Made by a program: the position numbers and the translations under genes | The notes under the pieces: model-generated | Database searches by the model: none | What the model was told of the DNA's origin: nothing | The model's input: only the letters and a program-made list of their open reading frames with translations | Shown here: in pieces, positions 21,232 to 31,400 of the stretch | How the letters are laid out: every line of letters starts with the position of its first letter | How positions within the stretch are numbered: the stretch's first letter is position 1 | Origin: Eubacteriales bacterium | GTDB lineage: Bacteria > Bacillota > Clostridia > Oscillospirales > CAG-382 | Direction: 5' to 3' | Length of the DNA: 64,000 bases | NCBI GenBank assembly: GCA_045578045.1 | Contig: JAZNJM010000064.1 | Coordinates: 9,695-73,694 of the forward strand

Positions 21232-24200
21232 TTATTCCACAATTTTTCCATTAGCGTCTACAAGAATGTAGCCTTGAGGTTTAATTTGATATTCTTTACC
21301 ATTATCAACTACAGTTTGCTCTTCGAGACTATGGTTGATATAGTAAATAAATTCATTTTCATTTGAATTTCCATTAATCTCTTTAGAATATCCAACCTTA
21401 ACAAGTTTATAATTATCGTCAAGGAATTCGTGAGAGTTCATATAGAGATTCTTAGTTGCTTTAAGAGCGCTATTCAATTTTCCATAAGTATTAACAATTG
21501 TCTGTTTAAGAATACTATATCTTACAGAATAATACTCAGAAAGAACATTATTAGCTTTAAGCTCTGAAGCGTTTTCATATGCTATGACGAAATATGGATT
21601 TGCTCCGTTTTCAATTGTTTTAAGAAGGAAAGTATCATAGTCTCCTGCAAGGTTAATAGGAGTACTTGTATAGCTCACGCTTCCATGAAGAACGAATGAA
21701 AGGAAAGGAATACTTGCTGAGGCATATATATGCATCGTATTTTCTATTGGAAGACCAAGAATATGATCAGCATATTCCCAAGCAAATGAGTTTCCTCCAG
21801 AAATCATAATTTCGTCATTCTGTTCTGCCATTTTTTCAAGAAGCTGTTTCATCAACATTTTAGAGTCTTCTCTATTAAGAGGATCTTCTTTGTTAAAGTC
21901 AGATGAAAGGTCGCTTCCTAAAGAAGCAACAGACATATTTTTGATTCCGTATTTTTGCAAATCTTTATAAAGAGAATCATAGAAAGACATCATTGAATTT
22001 GTAGAAATAATACCTTTATGAGAATAGCCATATGCTTGCATAAGAGCATTATATTCTTTTTTGAATGCATTTCTGTTATCGATAGTTTTTGAAAGGTGAT
22101 CCTTAGCGTTGAAATCATCAAATAATTCGTTTTCAATCATATATGTGAATTCGAATTCTGGGAAAAGACCGAATCCATTATCTTCACAATATTTAACGAG
22201 TTTTTTGAATTCTTCGTCTCCGCCAAGCTCTTTCAAAAGCTCAACCTTCGAAGGAACAATAGAGCTTACGCCACCGTTTGCCCAACCAGACATCTTTATA
22301 TTGATGTTATCAATCTTTGCTTCTCCTAAAAGCTCTTCGAAAATCTTTACAGTGTTTGCATATGTTGTCAATTTTTCCTTAATCTCATAAGGAATACCCA
22401 TAAATCTATCTGTAGAGTTAATTGCACCAATGGTTTCAAGATAAAGAGGAATATTTTCTTTTTTATCTTCGAGTGCCTTTAAAACGCCTTTTTCTGTTAG
22501 ATAGTTTCTATATTTCTTTGCCATTCCAACATATGAACATTCTTCATCTTCAAGAATAAAAATCTTAAGAGTGAAGTCGCCCGTATATTTTCTATCAGCC
22601 TCAACTGTCCATAGAGCATTTGCTCCAGCAGAAATACCGCCTGTTAAAGCATATGTATCTTTAGGACGAGGATTAAAAGAAGTATATGTCTGAACGTATG
22701 AATGGTATGAACCTTGTCTTTCTATTACAATATTTGCAAGAGATTCACCCTTTTCAATTATTGCAAAGAAACCACGCTTTCTATAAACAAATTCTTCTGT
22801 TACTGTATCGTCTGTAGTATCATCAGAAGGAACTTCTTCAACAGTTCCGTCTTCAGCAGGAGCATCGCCTGTCGGAGCATCTTCTGCTGGAGTATCCTCA
22901 GCTGGAGTATCCTCGGCGGGAGTATCCTCGGCGGGAGCATCATCGGGAACGACTGTGTTATTAGTTGTAAGCGTTACTTTTTCGTTTTCACAAATGCCAA
23001 AAACAGGAACTCTAACAACTTCTTTATTAGCTCCGCCAATGGTTGAAAACGCATAATCCTGACCAAATACAGTCTCACTTGTTGCTACACCCTTTGAATA
23101 TACGTCTTTAAAATCGTATATTGTTCCACAACCATCAGGAGAGAAAACATAACCGTCATTTGTTACGTTTCCGCATCCAGCAAAAGGAAGCATCAAAATA
23201 TTTGAAAGACTGTATTTTTCTGAATCAAAACGAACATTTGAAGAATTACATCTTACAGATACGCCATCCTTATTAAGAGTATATTCGAGAGCAAGTCTGA
23301 ATACGGGAGTTTCAACGTCTGAAGAAACGAATCCAGTTTCAGCGTGGTCTGCATCAAGCTCTTCAAAGCTATAGAATACTCTTAAATCAGATTCAATATT
23401 TTTACGTTCTTGTTCTTTTATGTTTATATCACAAACTGCAAGACCGCCTGTTACAGCAACAGGATATTCTTTTCTCATATCTGCATTAAGATTACTAAAC
23501 GTAGCTAATGAACATTCATTCTTAATTTCTTCAACTCTTGAATCTTTAGTTACATCTGCTACATACAACTTATAAAATGCAGCGAAACGTTTTGCGGCAA
23601 AATCTCCATACTGTTCTTTGAATCTCATATAGATATCAAACCAACGATCAAGAGTTACAACCTCAGGAACAAGGTATTTTACAGACAAACGGCCAATAAC
23701 ATATTCAACACGAAGACCGCCTTTAATATCTTTTGTTGTTATCTGACCATACTGAACAGAATCCTTATAGCTATAAAAGATCTTTTCAGCTGTACCTTCT
23801 GTAAACTTAATAATCAACTGTGAAAAAAGGTTTTGCTTAATTGTATTACTCGTTGCAGAACCGTCAATACCTGTACTTTGGCTTACGTTATATGGGTTTG
23901 AAGTCCAATATCCAACGTAATCATAAACACCATTATCCTGGAGCTTATATCCGTTTTCATCTTGTTTCTCACCTTTTTCAGCCTTTTTAAGCTTAAGCAC
24001 GATAATTTCACCAGTGTATGAATCGCAATATAATGCATTACCTTCTCTCACAAGAACCAGCTTCATACTACCAACGGTTTCATTACCGAGAATTCTTGTT
24101 TCAATTGAGTTAAATCCAGCAATCATATAAGCGGGATCGCGAACTGCCCATATTTCATCTGCTGTCATTTCTCCATCATCATCTTTTGCAAAAGCAGAAA

Positions 24201-24267
24201 ACGTTGTTGGAAGGAAAAGTGTCAGCGCAAGAAGCATTACTAAAACTTTTTTCAAAATGTTTTTCAT
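21232..24267 (-). CDS. Secreted 1011-aa protein, DUF5696-like (function unknown)
   Basis: Signal peptide MKNILKKVLVMLLALTLFLPTTFSAFA. Acidic Pro-rich linker. The C-terminal half resembles the DUF5696 proteins I recall from similar Clostridia loci (unverified). Confidence 0.6.
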   Translation of the reverse strand: MKNILKKVLVMLLALTLFLPTTFSAFAKDDDGEMTADEIWAVRDPAYMIAGFNSIETRILGNETVGSMKLVLVREGNALYCDSYTGEIIVLKLKKAEKGEKQDENGYKLQDNGVYDYVGYWTSNPYNVSQSTGIDGSATSNTIKQNLFSQLIIKFTEGTAEKIFYSYKDSVQYGQITTKDIKGGLRVEYVIGRLSVKYLVPEVVTLDRWFDIYMRFKEQYGDFAAKRFAAFYKLYVADVTKDSRVEEIKNECSLATFSNLNADMRKEYPVAVTGGLAVCDINIKEQERKNIESDLRVFYSFEELDADHAETGFVSSDVETPVFRLALEYTLNKDGVSVRCNSSNVRFDSEKYSLSNILMLPFAGCGNVTNDGYVFSPDGCGTIYDFKDVYSKGVATSETVFGQDYAFSTIGGANKEVVRVPVFGICENEKVTLTTNNTVVPDDAPAEDTPAEDTPAEDTPAEDAPTGDAPAEDGTVEEVPSDDTTDDTVTEEFVYRKRGFFAIIEKGESLANIVIERQGSYHSYVQTYTSFNPRPKDTYALTGGISAGANALWTVEADRKYTGDFTLKIFILEDEECSYVGMAKKYRNYLTEKGVLKALEDKKENIPLYLETIGAINSTDRFMGIPYEIKEKLTTYANTVKIFEELLGEAKIDNINIKMSGWANGGVSSIVPSKVELLKELGGDEEFKKLVKYCEDNGFGLFPEFEFTYMIENELFDDFNAKDHLSKTIDNRNAFKKEYNALMQAYGYSHKGIISTNSMMSFYDSLYKDLQKYGIKNMSVASLGSDLSSDFNKEDPLNREDSKMLMKQLLEKMAEQNDEIMISGGNSFAWEYADHILGLPIENTMHIYASASIPFLSFVLHGSVSYTSTPINLAGDYDTFLLKTIENGANPYFVIAYENASELKANNVLSEYYSVRYSILKQTIVNTYGKLNSALKATKNLYMNSHEFLDDNYKLVKVGYSKEINGNSNENEFIYYINHSLEEQTVVDNGKEYQIKPQGYILVDANGKIVE
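22849..22944 (-). repeat. 15-nt coding tandem repeat, (PAEDT)n acidic linker
   Basis: DDAPAEDTPAEDTPAEDTPAEDAPTGDAPAED read directly from the reverse strand. Confidence 0.85.
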
Positions 24268-24285
24268 TTAATCTTTTCCTCCCCT

Positions 24286-26481
24286 CTACATTCGGTATGA
24301 AAGTTCAACGTAGATACCATATCCTAAATAGAATACCTTTTGAATCAACGTTGTAAAGAGTATACCAATAAACATAATCAATGCCATACCAACGATTGTT
24401 CCAACGGATGTTATTATATTCTTTCCAATTGAATAATCGTGAATAACCATCATTCCAAAGAATATTAATGCACCTGTCCAGATAAGTCCGAGACTTGAAA
24501 CAAAATTCATTATGGTATATTCGTCAAGAGTTAAAACGTTAGAAAGTATCGTAGAAATAACAACACAAATAAATGCAGGCATCAATGCATAACATGTCGT
24601 TATATAAACGTCTTTTAAGCTTCCTTCTCCATCGAACAAGGTTGTTAAACACCAGTTAGCAACAACCCAAAGAACAACAGGAAGTATAACTGAAAAGATT
24701 TGAATCGTAAAACTGATTCCTACGAAATGAGGATTATATAAATATCCCTGTCCAACTGCTTTATAAAGATATCCTAAAATTGTAAGAATGAAAATAAACG
24801 TTGCGCCCTTAACAGAACCTCTCTTTTCATGTTTAAGATCCCAGAATCCATCGAATGGATGATACATAACGTGATAAACATAAAGGAATTCTTCCATTAA
24901 GGTACGTTTTTCCTTCATTTTTTGTCCACGAAGGTTTACTTTCTTTCTATATTTACTAAATAAACTAAATATAACGCAAACAACAACTATAAATACAGGA
25001 ACAATCCAAACACGATCTTCAATCCATTCTTTGCGATATTTTGTATATGCAAGAGAATAGTTTTCCGTATCATAAGCGTATTTATAAAGTTTCATTGCTT
25101 CTTCATATTCAGCATCCTGATAATAGCTTTGAGCAATACCAACGTATGCACTGTCAAAGTTATTGTTACTACGGAGAATCTCAGTATAATAATCAACTAC
25201 CTTATCATATTCACGGTCGAGCTTACTTTGAAGAGCTTCTACGATAAGATCACCGTATTCAGTGCGTTTGTATACTGTTATTGTTGAGTTTGTAAAGTCT
25301 AAAAGGAGAATTTTTGTTCCCTGATAGGCTATTGCTGTTAAACCATTAACATTTATCTGACCAAGCTGAGTACCAACATCACCAAAAATATGGAGAAGAT
25401 TTCCCTGCTCGTCATACGTATATACCTTTGAACGTTTTTTATCAATGATACTCCAAGTACCTGATGGTCCAAGGGCAACGTCTACTATCTGAGATGGACC
25501 CGAAATAGAGTTTTCAACGTGTGATGCTCCATTAATTGTTATTTCACCCGAAGGAGGATAGAAACCGCCTCTGACAAGAACGTCTGTTCCGCTTGGGTTA
25601 AGCTTTTTAATAGGAGCATAATTAGAATCTCTTGAACGAGAAGAAATTGCGTTTTGTTGTTGACCTTCATCAATGGAGTCTGTTGTAACATAAATGAATC
25701 CATCGCTGTCAATTACACAGTTATTATATTCCGTTGGAACAAACTTTTCAGATTTTGCACGTTGTTCGTCCGTTTGGAACATTCTCCAAATGTATTGAAA
25801 AACATTATAAGTAACTTTTTGAGCCCCAACGAAACCATTGAAAGAGCCATCTCTGTTCATTGAGATAACACCATAGTTTGTAGTTGAAGAAACAACGTAT
25901 ATACGACCGGCTTTGTCAACAGAAACAGCGATAGGAGTATAAACGCTTTTATCTGGAATAACTTCACTTGCAGGTTCTGAAACTATACATTGAAAATTAC
26001 CCATTTTATCAAAAATAACAATTCTTGATTTTCCTGTATCTGCAACGTAAATTTCACTTTCTGTTACGAAAACACCCTGAGGTTTGCTTAAAGCATCAGG
26101 AACACCATTTTCATTAATAAAAGAGCTTAACATTAATCTGAGATTATAATTCTCATCAAGAGCTACAATTCTGTTGTTAGTTGTATCGGCAAGATAGACG
26201 TGATTAAGATTATCAACGAAAACGTCTCCAATACTACCGAGTGTACCAAAAGAATCAACAGTATATTTGCCGTTATGAACGTTAGCTTCTGTTATTGACT
26301 GAGAAATTGTCGTGCTATTAATATAACTAAGAGGAACGTATGCGTGTGGGCTTTGAGTCATAGCTCCGAATACGTCATATGTATATGACGTATAAGGAAC
26401 AAGAGCTTCAGCGGCAACGCTTCCAATTGTAACTGTAAGCAAGACAGTGAGGAGTAGTACTTTTAATATTTTTTTCTTCAT
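24286..26481 (-). CDS. Signal peptide / NHL-repeat propeller / TPR-like / TM / Yip1-domain fusion protein
   Basis: NHL-like repeats (YLADTTNNRIVALD, YVADTGKSRIVIFD). TPR-like AQSYYQDAEYEEAMKLYKYAY. C-terminal five-TM region starting HPFDGFWDLK, typical of bacterial Yip1 proteins. Confidence 0.65.
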   Translation of the reverse strand: MKKKILKVLLLTVLLTVTIGSVAAEALVPYTSYTYDVFGAMTQSPHAYVPLSYINSTTISQSITEANVHNGKYTVDSFGTLGSIGDVFVDNLNHVYLADTTNNRIVALDENYNLRLMLSSFINENGVPDALSKPQGVFVTESEIYVADTGKSRIVIFDKMGNFQCIVSEPASEVIPDKSVYTPIAVSVDKAGRIYVVSSTTNYGVISMNRDGSFNGFVGAQKVTYNVFQYIWRMFQTDEQRAKSEKFVPTEYNNCVIDSDGFIYVTTDSIDEGQQQNAISSRSRDSNYAPIKKLNPSGTDVLVRGGFYPPSGEITINGASHVENSISGPSQIVDVALGPSGTWSIIDKKRSKVYTYDEQGNLLHIFGDVGTQLGQINVNGLTAIAYQGTKILLLDFTNSTITVYKRTEYGDLIVEALQSKLDREYDKVVDYYTEILRSNNNFDSAYVGIAQSYYQDAEYEEAMKLYKYAYDTENYSLAYTKYRKEWIEDRVWIVPVFIVVVCVIFSLFSKYRKKVNLRGQKMKEKRTLMEEFLYVYHVMYHPFDGFWDLKHEKRGSVKGATFIFILTILGYLYKAVGQGYLYNPHFVGISFTIQIFSVILPVVLWVVANWCLTTLFDGEGSLKDVYITTCYALMPAFICVVISTILSNVLTLDEYTIMNFVSSLGLIWTGALIFFGMMVIHDYSIGKNIITSVGTIVGMALIMFIGILFTTLIQKVFYLGYGIYVELSYRM

Positions 26482-26496
26482 ATTATTCTTTCCTCC

Positions 26497-27405
26497 TTAG
26501 TCTTTCATACCTGAAGTTGACATTGTTTCGATAACGTTACTCTGAGAAATAACAAAAACAATTATTGGAACCGCCATCATAACAACAGCAGATGCAGAAC
26601 CCGCACCAGCACGGGAAATACCAGCGGATACAACCTGACCGATTGCATAGTTAAACGTTTTGAGCTGTTCACTTTGAATATAGATTGTTGCGCCAGAATT
26701 CCAAAGGTCTTTAAAGCAGAAGATTATAAGGGTTACCCAAGCAGGTTTAACCATTGGCATTGCTATCTTCCAGAAAATCAAGTTTTCGGAAGCACCTTCA
26801 AGACGAGCAGATTCAAGAACTGCATCTGTTACGGATGTTTCCATAAACTGTTTCATAAGGTAAAGACCGTATGTTGTACAGAAAGCGGGAACAATTACAG
26901 CAAAATATGTATCAACCCAATGTAACCAGTTCATTATAATAAAGTTTGTTATACCTGTAACTGTTGAGTTAAACATAAGGGAGTAAACAATAAGTTTAAA
27001 CATCCATTTTCTTCCGGGAAACTTAATTTTTGCCAATGCATATGCTGCATATGAAGAGCAAAGAACGTTACCTATTGTACCAACAAGTGAAATGAAAACA
27101 GTATTAAAAATGTATCTTGAAAAAGGTACCCAAGAGGTTCCCATCAAGCGGAAAAGGTCTTTAAAGTTTTTAAACGTTGGGTTTTTAACAAAAAATTTAG
27201 GAGGATACATCCACAACTCATCCAAGGGTTTGAGAGAGGATGAAATCGCATATACCATAGGAAGAACCATAACCGCACCGAAGATAGCAAGAATAAGATT
27301 TATTCCAAAATCTCCGCCTGATGAACGGTTAAGACGCTTTGGTTTATCACCTTTTTCTTTTTTATTAAAAAGTTTGATACCAAACTTCTTATTAGAACTC
27401 GTCAT
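26497..27405 (-). CDS. ABC transporter permease, MalG-like (pair 1)
   Basis: EAA loop ESARLEGASENLIFWKIAMP. Starts 1 nt after the upstream permease. Confidence 0.85.
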   Translation of the reverse strand: MTSSNKKFGIKLFNKKEKGDKPKRLNRSSGGDFGINLILAIFGAVMVLPMVYAISSSLKPLDELWMYPPKFFVKNPTFKNFKDLFRLMGTSWVPFSRYIFNTVFISLVGTIGNVLCSSYAAYALAKIKFPGRKWMFKLIVYSLMFNSTVTGITNFIIMNWLHWVDTYFAVIVPAFCTTYGLYLMKQFMETSVTDAVLESARLEGASENLIFWKIAMPMVKPAWVTLIIFCFKDLWNSGATIYIQSEQLKTFNYAIGQVVSAGISRAGAGSASAVVMMAVPIIVFVISQSNVIETMSTSGMKD

Positions 27406-27406
27406 C

Positions 27407-28408
27407 TTATTCTCCCACCTTTCTTAGTAATTTATTTACCAAAAGGTTAGCACCAAACATCATTAAGAACAACAATGTCGCTATTGCAGATGCATAACCA
27501 AGTTCAAAACGTTGTCCGCCGTAGTCGTCCAAATGGTGAGTAATTGTATGAGCACAATAGTTTGGGCTTGGGAATCCAACAAGAGCTGTTATAATTCCAC
27601 CGAATCCAAATGAGCCAGTAATTGAGAGAATAGCACCAAGCATCATCTGAGGACGCATTGTGGGCAACGTGATATACCAAAGCTCTTGCCAACGGTTTTT
27701 AATTCCGTCAACTGCACCAGCTTCGTAGAGAGATTTATCAACAACCTGAAAACCTGCAATGAACGTAAGGAAGGATGTGCCCAAGCTGGTCCAGAGCGCG
27801 ATAGCAATAATAAGTGGGAATATGTATTCTTCATCCTGAAACCAAAGAATTGGATTTGTTATCAGGTTAAGTCTCATAAGCCAAGAGTTAACAAGTCCGT
27901 ATTGGTCAGATGCGAAGAAATATGTCCAGATAAGATATATATTACCTGATATTGAAGGTGCATAGAAAAGCAACGTTACAACAGCACGAATCTTTGGTCT
28001 GAGCTCGTTAATAAACCAAGCGAAGAAAAGTGAAAGTAAGTAAGATGCCGGCCCCGTTACACCTGCAAAAACAAAAGTGTTTTTAATCGCAGTAAGGAAT
28101 ATATCATCTTCAAGGAACAATCTGATATAGTTCTGTGCATAAACTATTTCAGGCCATTCAAGCATATTAAACGTTGTGAAACTAAGGAAAAATGAGAAAA
28201 CAACAGGTATTACAGTAAAGAGGAAAAACAAGAAGAAGAAGGGCAAAATCATTACATATGCAACCCAATTGTTTTTAATTTCGCTTAAAGTCCAAGCGAA
28301 CTTAGATATGTCTTTTCTTGCTACAACTTTTTCAGTATTTGATTCTGTCTCTTTTGTCGTTTTGGGTTTTACTTCATTTTTCGTTTTTGTCTTTTGTTCT
28401 TTAGACAT
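27407..28408 (-). CDS. ABC transporter permease, MalF-like (pair 1)
   Basis: Lys/Thr-rich N-terminal tail, TM segments, EAA loop EAGAVDGIKNRWQELWYITLP. Confidence 0.85.
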   Translation of the reverse strand: MSKEQKTKTKNEVKPKTTKETESNTEKVVARKDISKFAWTLSEIKNNWVAYVMILPFFFLFFLFTVIPVVFSFFLSFTTFNMLEWPEIVYAQNYIRLFLEDDIFLTAIKNTFVFAGVTGPASYLLSLFFAWFINELRPKIRAVVTLLFYAPSISGNIYLIWTYFFASDQYGLVNSWLMRLNLITNPILWFQDEEYIFPLIIAIALWTSLGTSFLTFIAGFQVVDKSLYEAGAVDGIKNRWQELWYITLPTMRPQMMLGAILSITGSFGFGGIITALVGFPSPNYCAHTITHHLDDYGGQRFELGYASAIATLLFLMMFGANLLVNKLLRKVGE

Positions 28409-28467
28409 TTGATACCCTCCCTGTTATTTTTAAGATTAGGGAAGTGCTATATGTTTTTTTGTTTATA

Positions 28468-31400
28468 CTAATCAAGGAATGTTGCATCTTCAAAATCCCC
28501 CGATGTACAAAGTCCAAATTCTTTACGTTTTCTGTCAAACTCGTTATTAATATCTTCAACATAATTTCTAAGAGTATCAACAGGATCTGCCGAATCGTTA
28601 TAAACGGAAAGGAATGCAAATCCGCAGTAACGAGCAATAATGTATCCACCTGGATAGTCAGGCATAAGTGTTACATCCTGGAACTGAGCAAACAAGTTGT
28701 CATATTCAGATTTTGACCATGGCATATTGTAGAGAGCTTCAAGGTTTGCTGTTCCGTATTTTGCGGAAGGACCAAGAAGAGCTTCAAGTTCATTACCATA
28801 ATCACTTTGTATTTGAGCTGATGTCCACCACTGGATAAACGTCCAAGCACTAAATGCGTTTTCATCAGTACAACCTTTAAGAATAACAACGCCCGATACA
28901 CCTGCAAGAGCAGTATTGGTTATGGTTCCATCTTGATTGAGATAACCTGGCATTGGTGTAAATTCCCAAAGTCCGTTGATTTCAGGAGCGAATACTATGA
29001 GTTGGTTGTAAGCACTGTAATCGCACCAAGCAAGAGGCATTTCACCTGTACGGAAACGGTTTGCAAAATCGTATGATACAGGGAATCCATACATTGTTGA
29101 AAGCTGACAAGCTTCTTTAAATGAAGCAAGTGAAATATCACAATCAAGGTTAATAGACATACCGTCTGTTTTGGGGAATGTATAAGTATACGTTCCGTCT
29201 CCGTTGTCTTTTACATACTTATATTCAAAATCAGGACGATTATTTTCATTATACGTTACTTGATAGGTGTTTCTCGTTTCTTCAAGTTTATCACCAAACT
29301 CATCCATATAATGTTCATAATATGTTTTGCCATCGTCAGCAAGTTTTCCGCCATAGTTATAAAGTGTCTCACCCTGCTGATACATCCATGTGAATGAAAC
29401 GCCTGTTCCCGTTGGGAATCCTATATCCATTTTATTTGCATCAAGGGTGTAGATAATATCATAAAGCTCATCCCAAGTTTTTGGAACTTCAACGCCAAGC
29501 TCTGCAAAAATATCTTTTCTATAGAAAAGCATAGGGAAGCTCATTCCTTCTGGAATTGCGTACGTTACACCGTAAAGCGTAAGAGGAATTGTTGCGGGTT
29601 CAGCAAAACGCTTTTTAACTTCTTCAAAGGAATCAACATCGTCAAAGAATTTGCTATATACGGGATCGTCTTTGTATTTCTGCATTCCCGCTTCTGTAAA
29701 GTTAAATCCGATTTTCTGAAGCTCAGGGTCGTCAGAATCTGCATCAGGATTATTTACAGCTTTAATTGCATAACGAATAGAATAGTTAATAACTGTTCCA
29801 GAGTCAAGACCGAAAGTAACGTCTGGGCCTGTTCCAGCAAGAATAGAAGGAAGAAGCGAACCGCCTACAACAATCTTCATTTCAACGTTTATTCCAGGAT
29901 ACTTTTTAGCAAAGTCATTATCTATAAGATCACGAATAATCTGAGCAGTATCTCTTGAAGCAGAGGTCCAAACAAGAATGGATTTGCTTTCGTCAACCGG
30001 CTCGTCGTTGTCTGTGAAACTTCCAATTGTTGTATAGTCAGAGAAGAATGACATTATAAATCTCTTAACTTCGCCCCAGAGAGTTTCAAAGAATCCGCCT
30101 TCAGCATCAGGAAGTTTTGCATCAGTTGATTGGAAGAGAATATAGTCAACATCAAGAGGCTGTGCCTGAGTTGACGTTACCCAAGTACCAAGAGAACCTA
30201 TCTGTGCTTTAAGGTCAGCAAGCATACCTGCAACCTTTGTTGGTCTTGTTCCCATTTGTTCAAGAATATATGCTGTTTTATCAAGAACAACAGAGTGGTC
30301 TCCCTTATAACCGATAATTTTTTCAAGCTCATCGGAAATGTTTGTAAGGAGTTCGGCTTGTGCCTTAAAACCTTTAAGTACTTCTGGCATTGAGGTTTCG
30401 AATCCATAATCACGGAATTCATCAGGTTCAGAACCTGTTACCATCAATATTTTTCTATAATATCCGTTTATTATATTAAGAGAGTTTTCAACGTTACTGA
30501 GAATATATGCCATATCACCAAGGACAGCTTCCATACGTATGCTATGAACACCCTTTTCAAGATAGAACTTAAAGGTTGTTTCTCCATCTGTTAAACCCTT
30601 GGCTATAAATTCTTGTGAGTAATTAAACTGAAGATTTTTAGCTTCTTCAAATGGAACAACTCCGTCAATGGAAATGCTTCTTGAAACATACATACCAGCG
30701 TATATATCCTGTTTTGCTCTAAGAACAATATTATAAAATCCAGTTTCAGGAATATCAACTCTCCACTCTATCCATTGACCGAGATACTGCCATTTATCTC
30801 CACCGATTTCATTGAATCTGATTCTGGAAGCATCCCAAGGCTCAGTTATAACGGAAGATGTGTTAGAAATCTGATATATAGTTTTACTTGATGTGTATGT
30901 TGAATGTTCAGCCTGGATCTTAAAAGAAGTTCCATCTTTAACATTATTTTCCTTGCCTTCATTTGCATTGAGATACTCTTCGTAAGTTGGAGCACTTTCA
31001 GCAGTTTTTAAAGTTATTGATTTAACAACTAATGGCTCACGCAAGGTTTTAAGAGTTATCTGATGTTCACCTTTTGACAAATAAAATTTGAGAGGAGTAG
31101 AACTATATCCCGTGGAATCGTAAAAATAGTCTGTCATCCACTCACCAATAAGTTGCTTTTGAGGTTTCTTTTCATTTCCCAACGTATCCTGCGGGAAAAC
31201 ACGATCAGGAGTAATTCCAGCCGTCTTATCAAAGAAGTCCTTAGAGTCAGAATATGTATGATTACCTTTCGTATCTGTGTATACATCAATCCATTTTCTT
31301 GTAAATTCAATAGAACGTGCTTCTTTATATGGAACTACAGAATCGATAAGAATAGCTCTTTCGATGTCTGAGTTTTTTGAAGAAGAAACAAGAGTTACAG

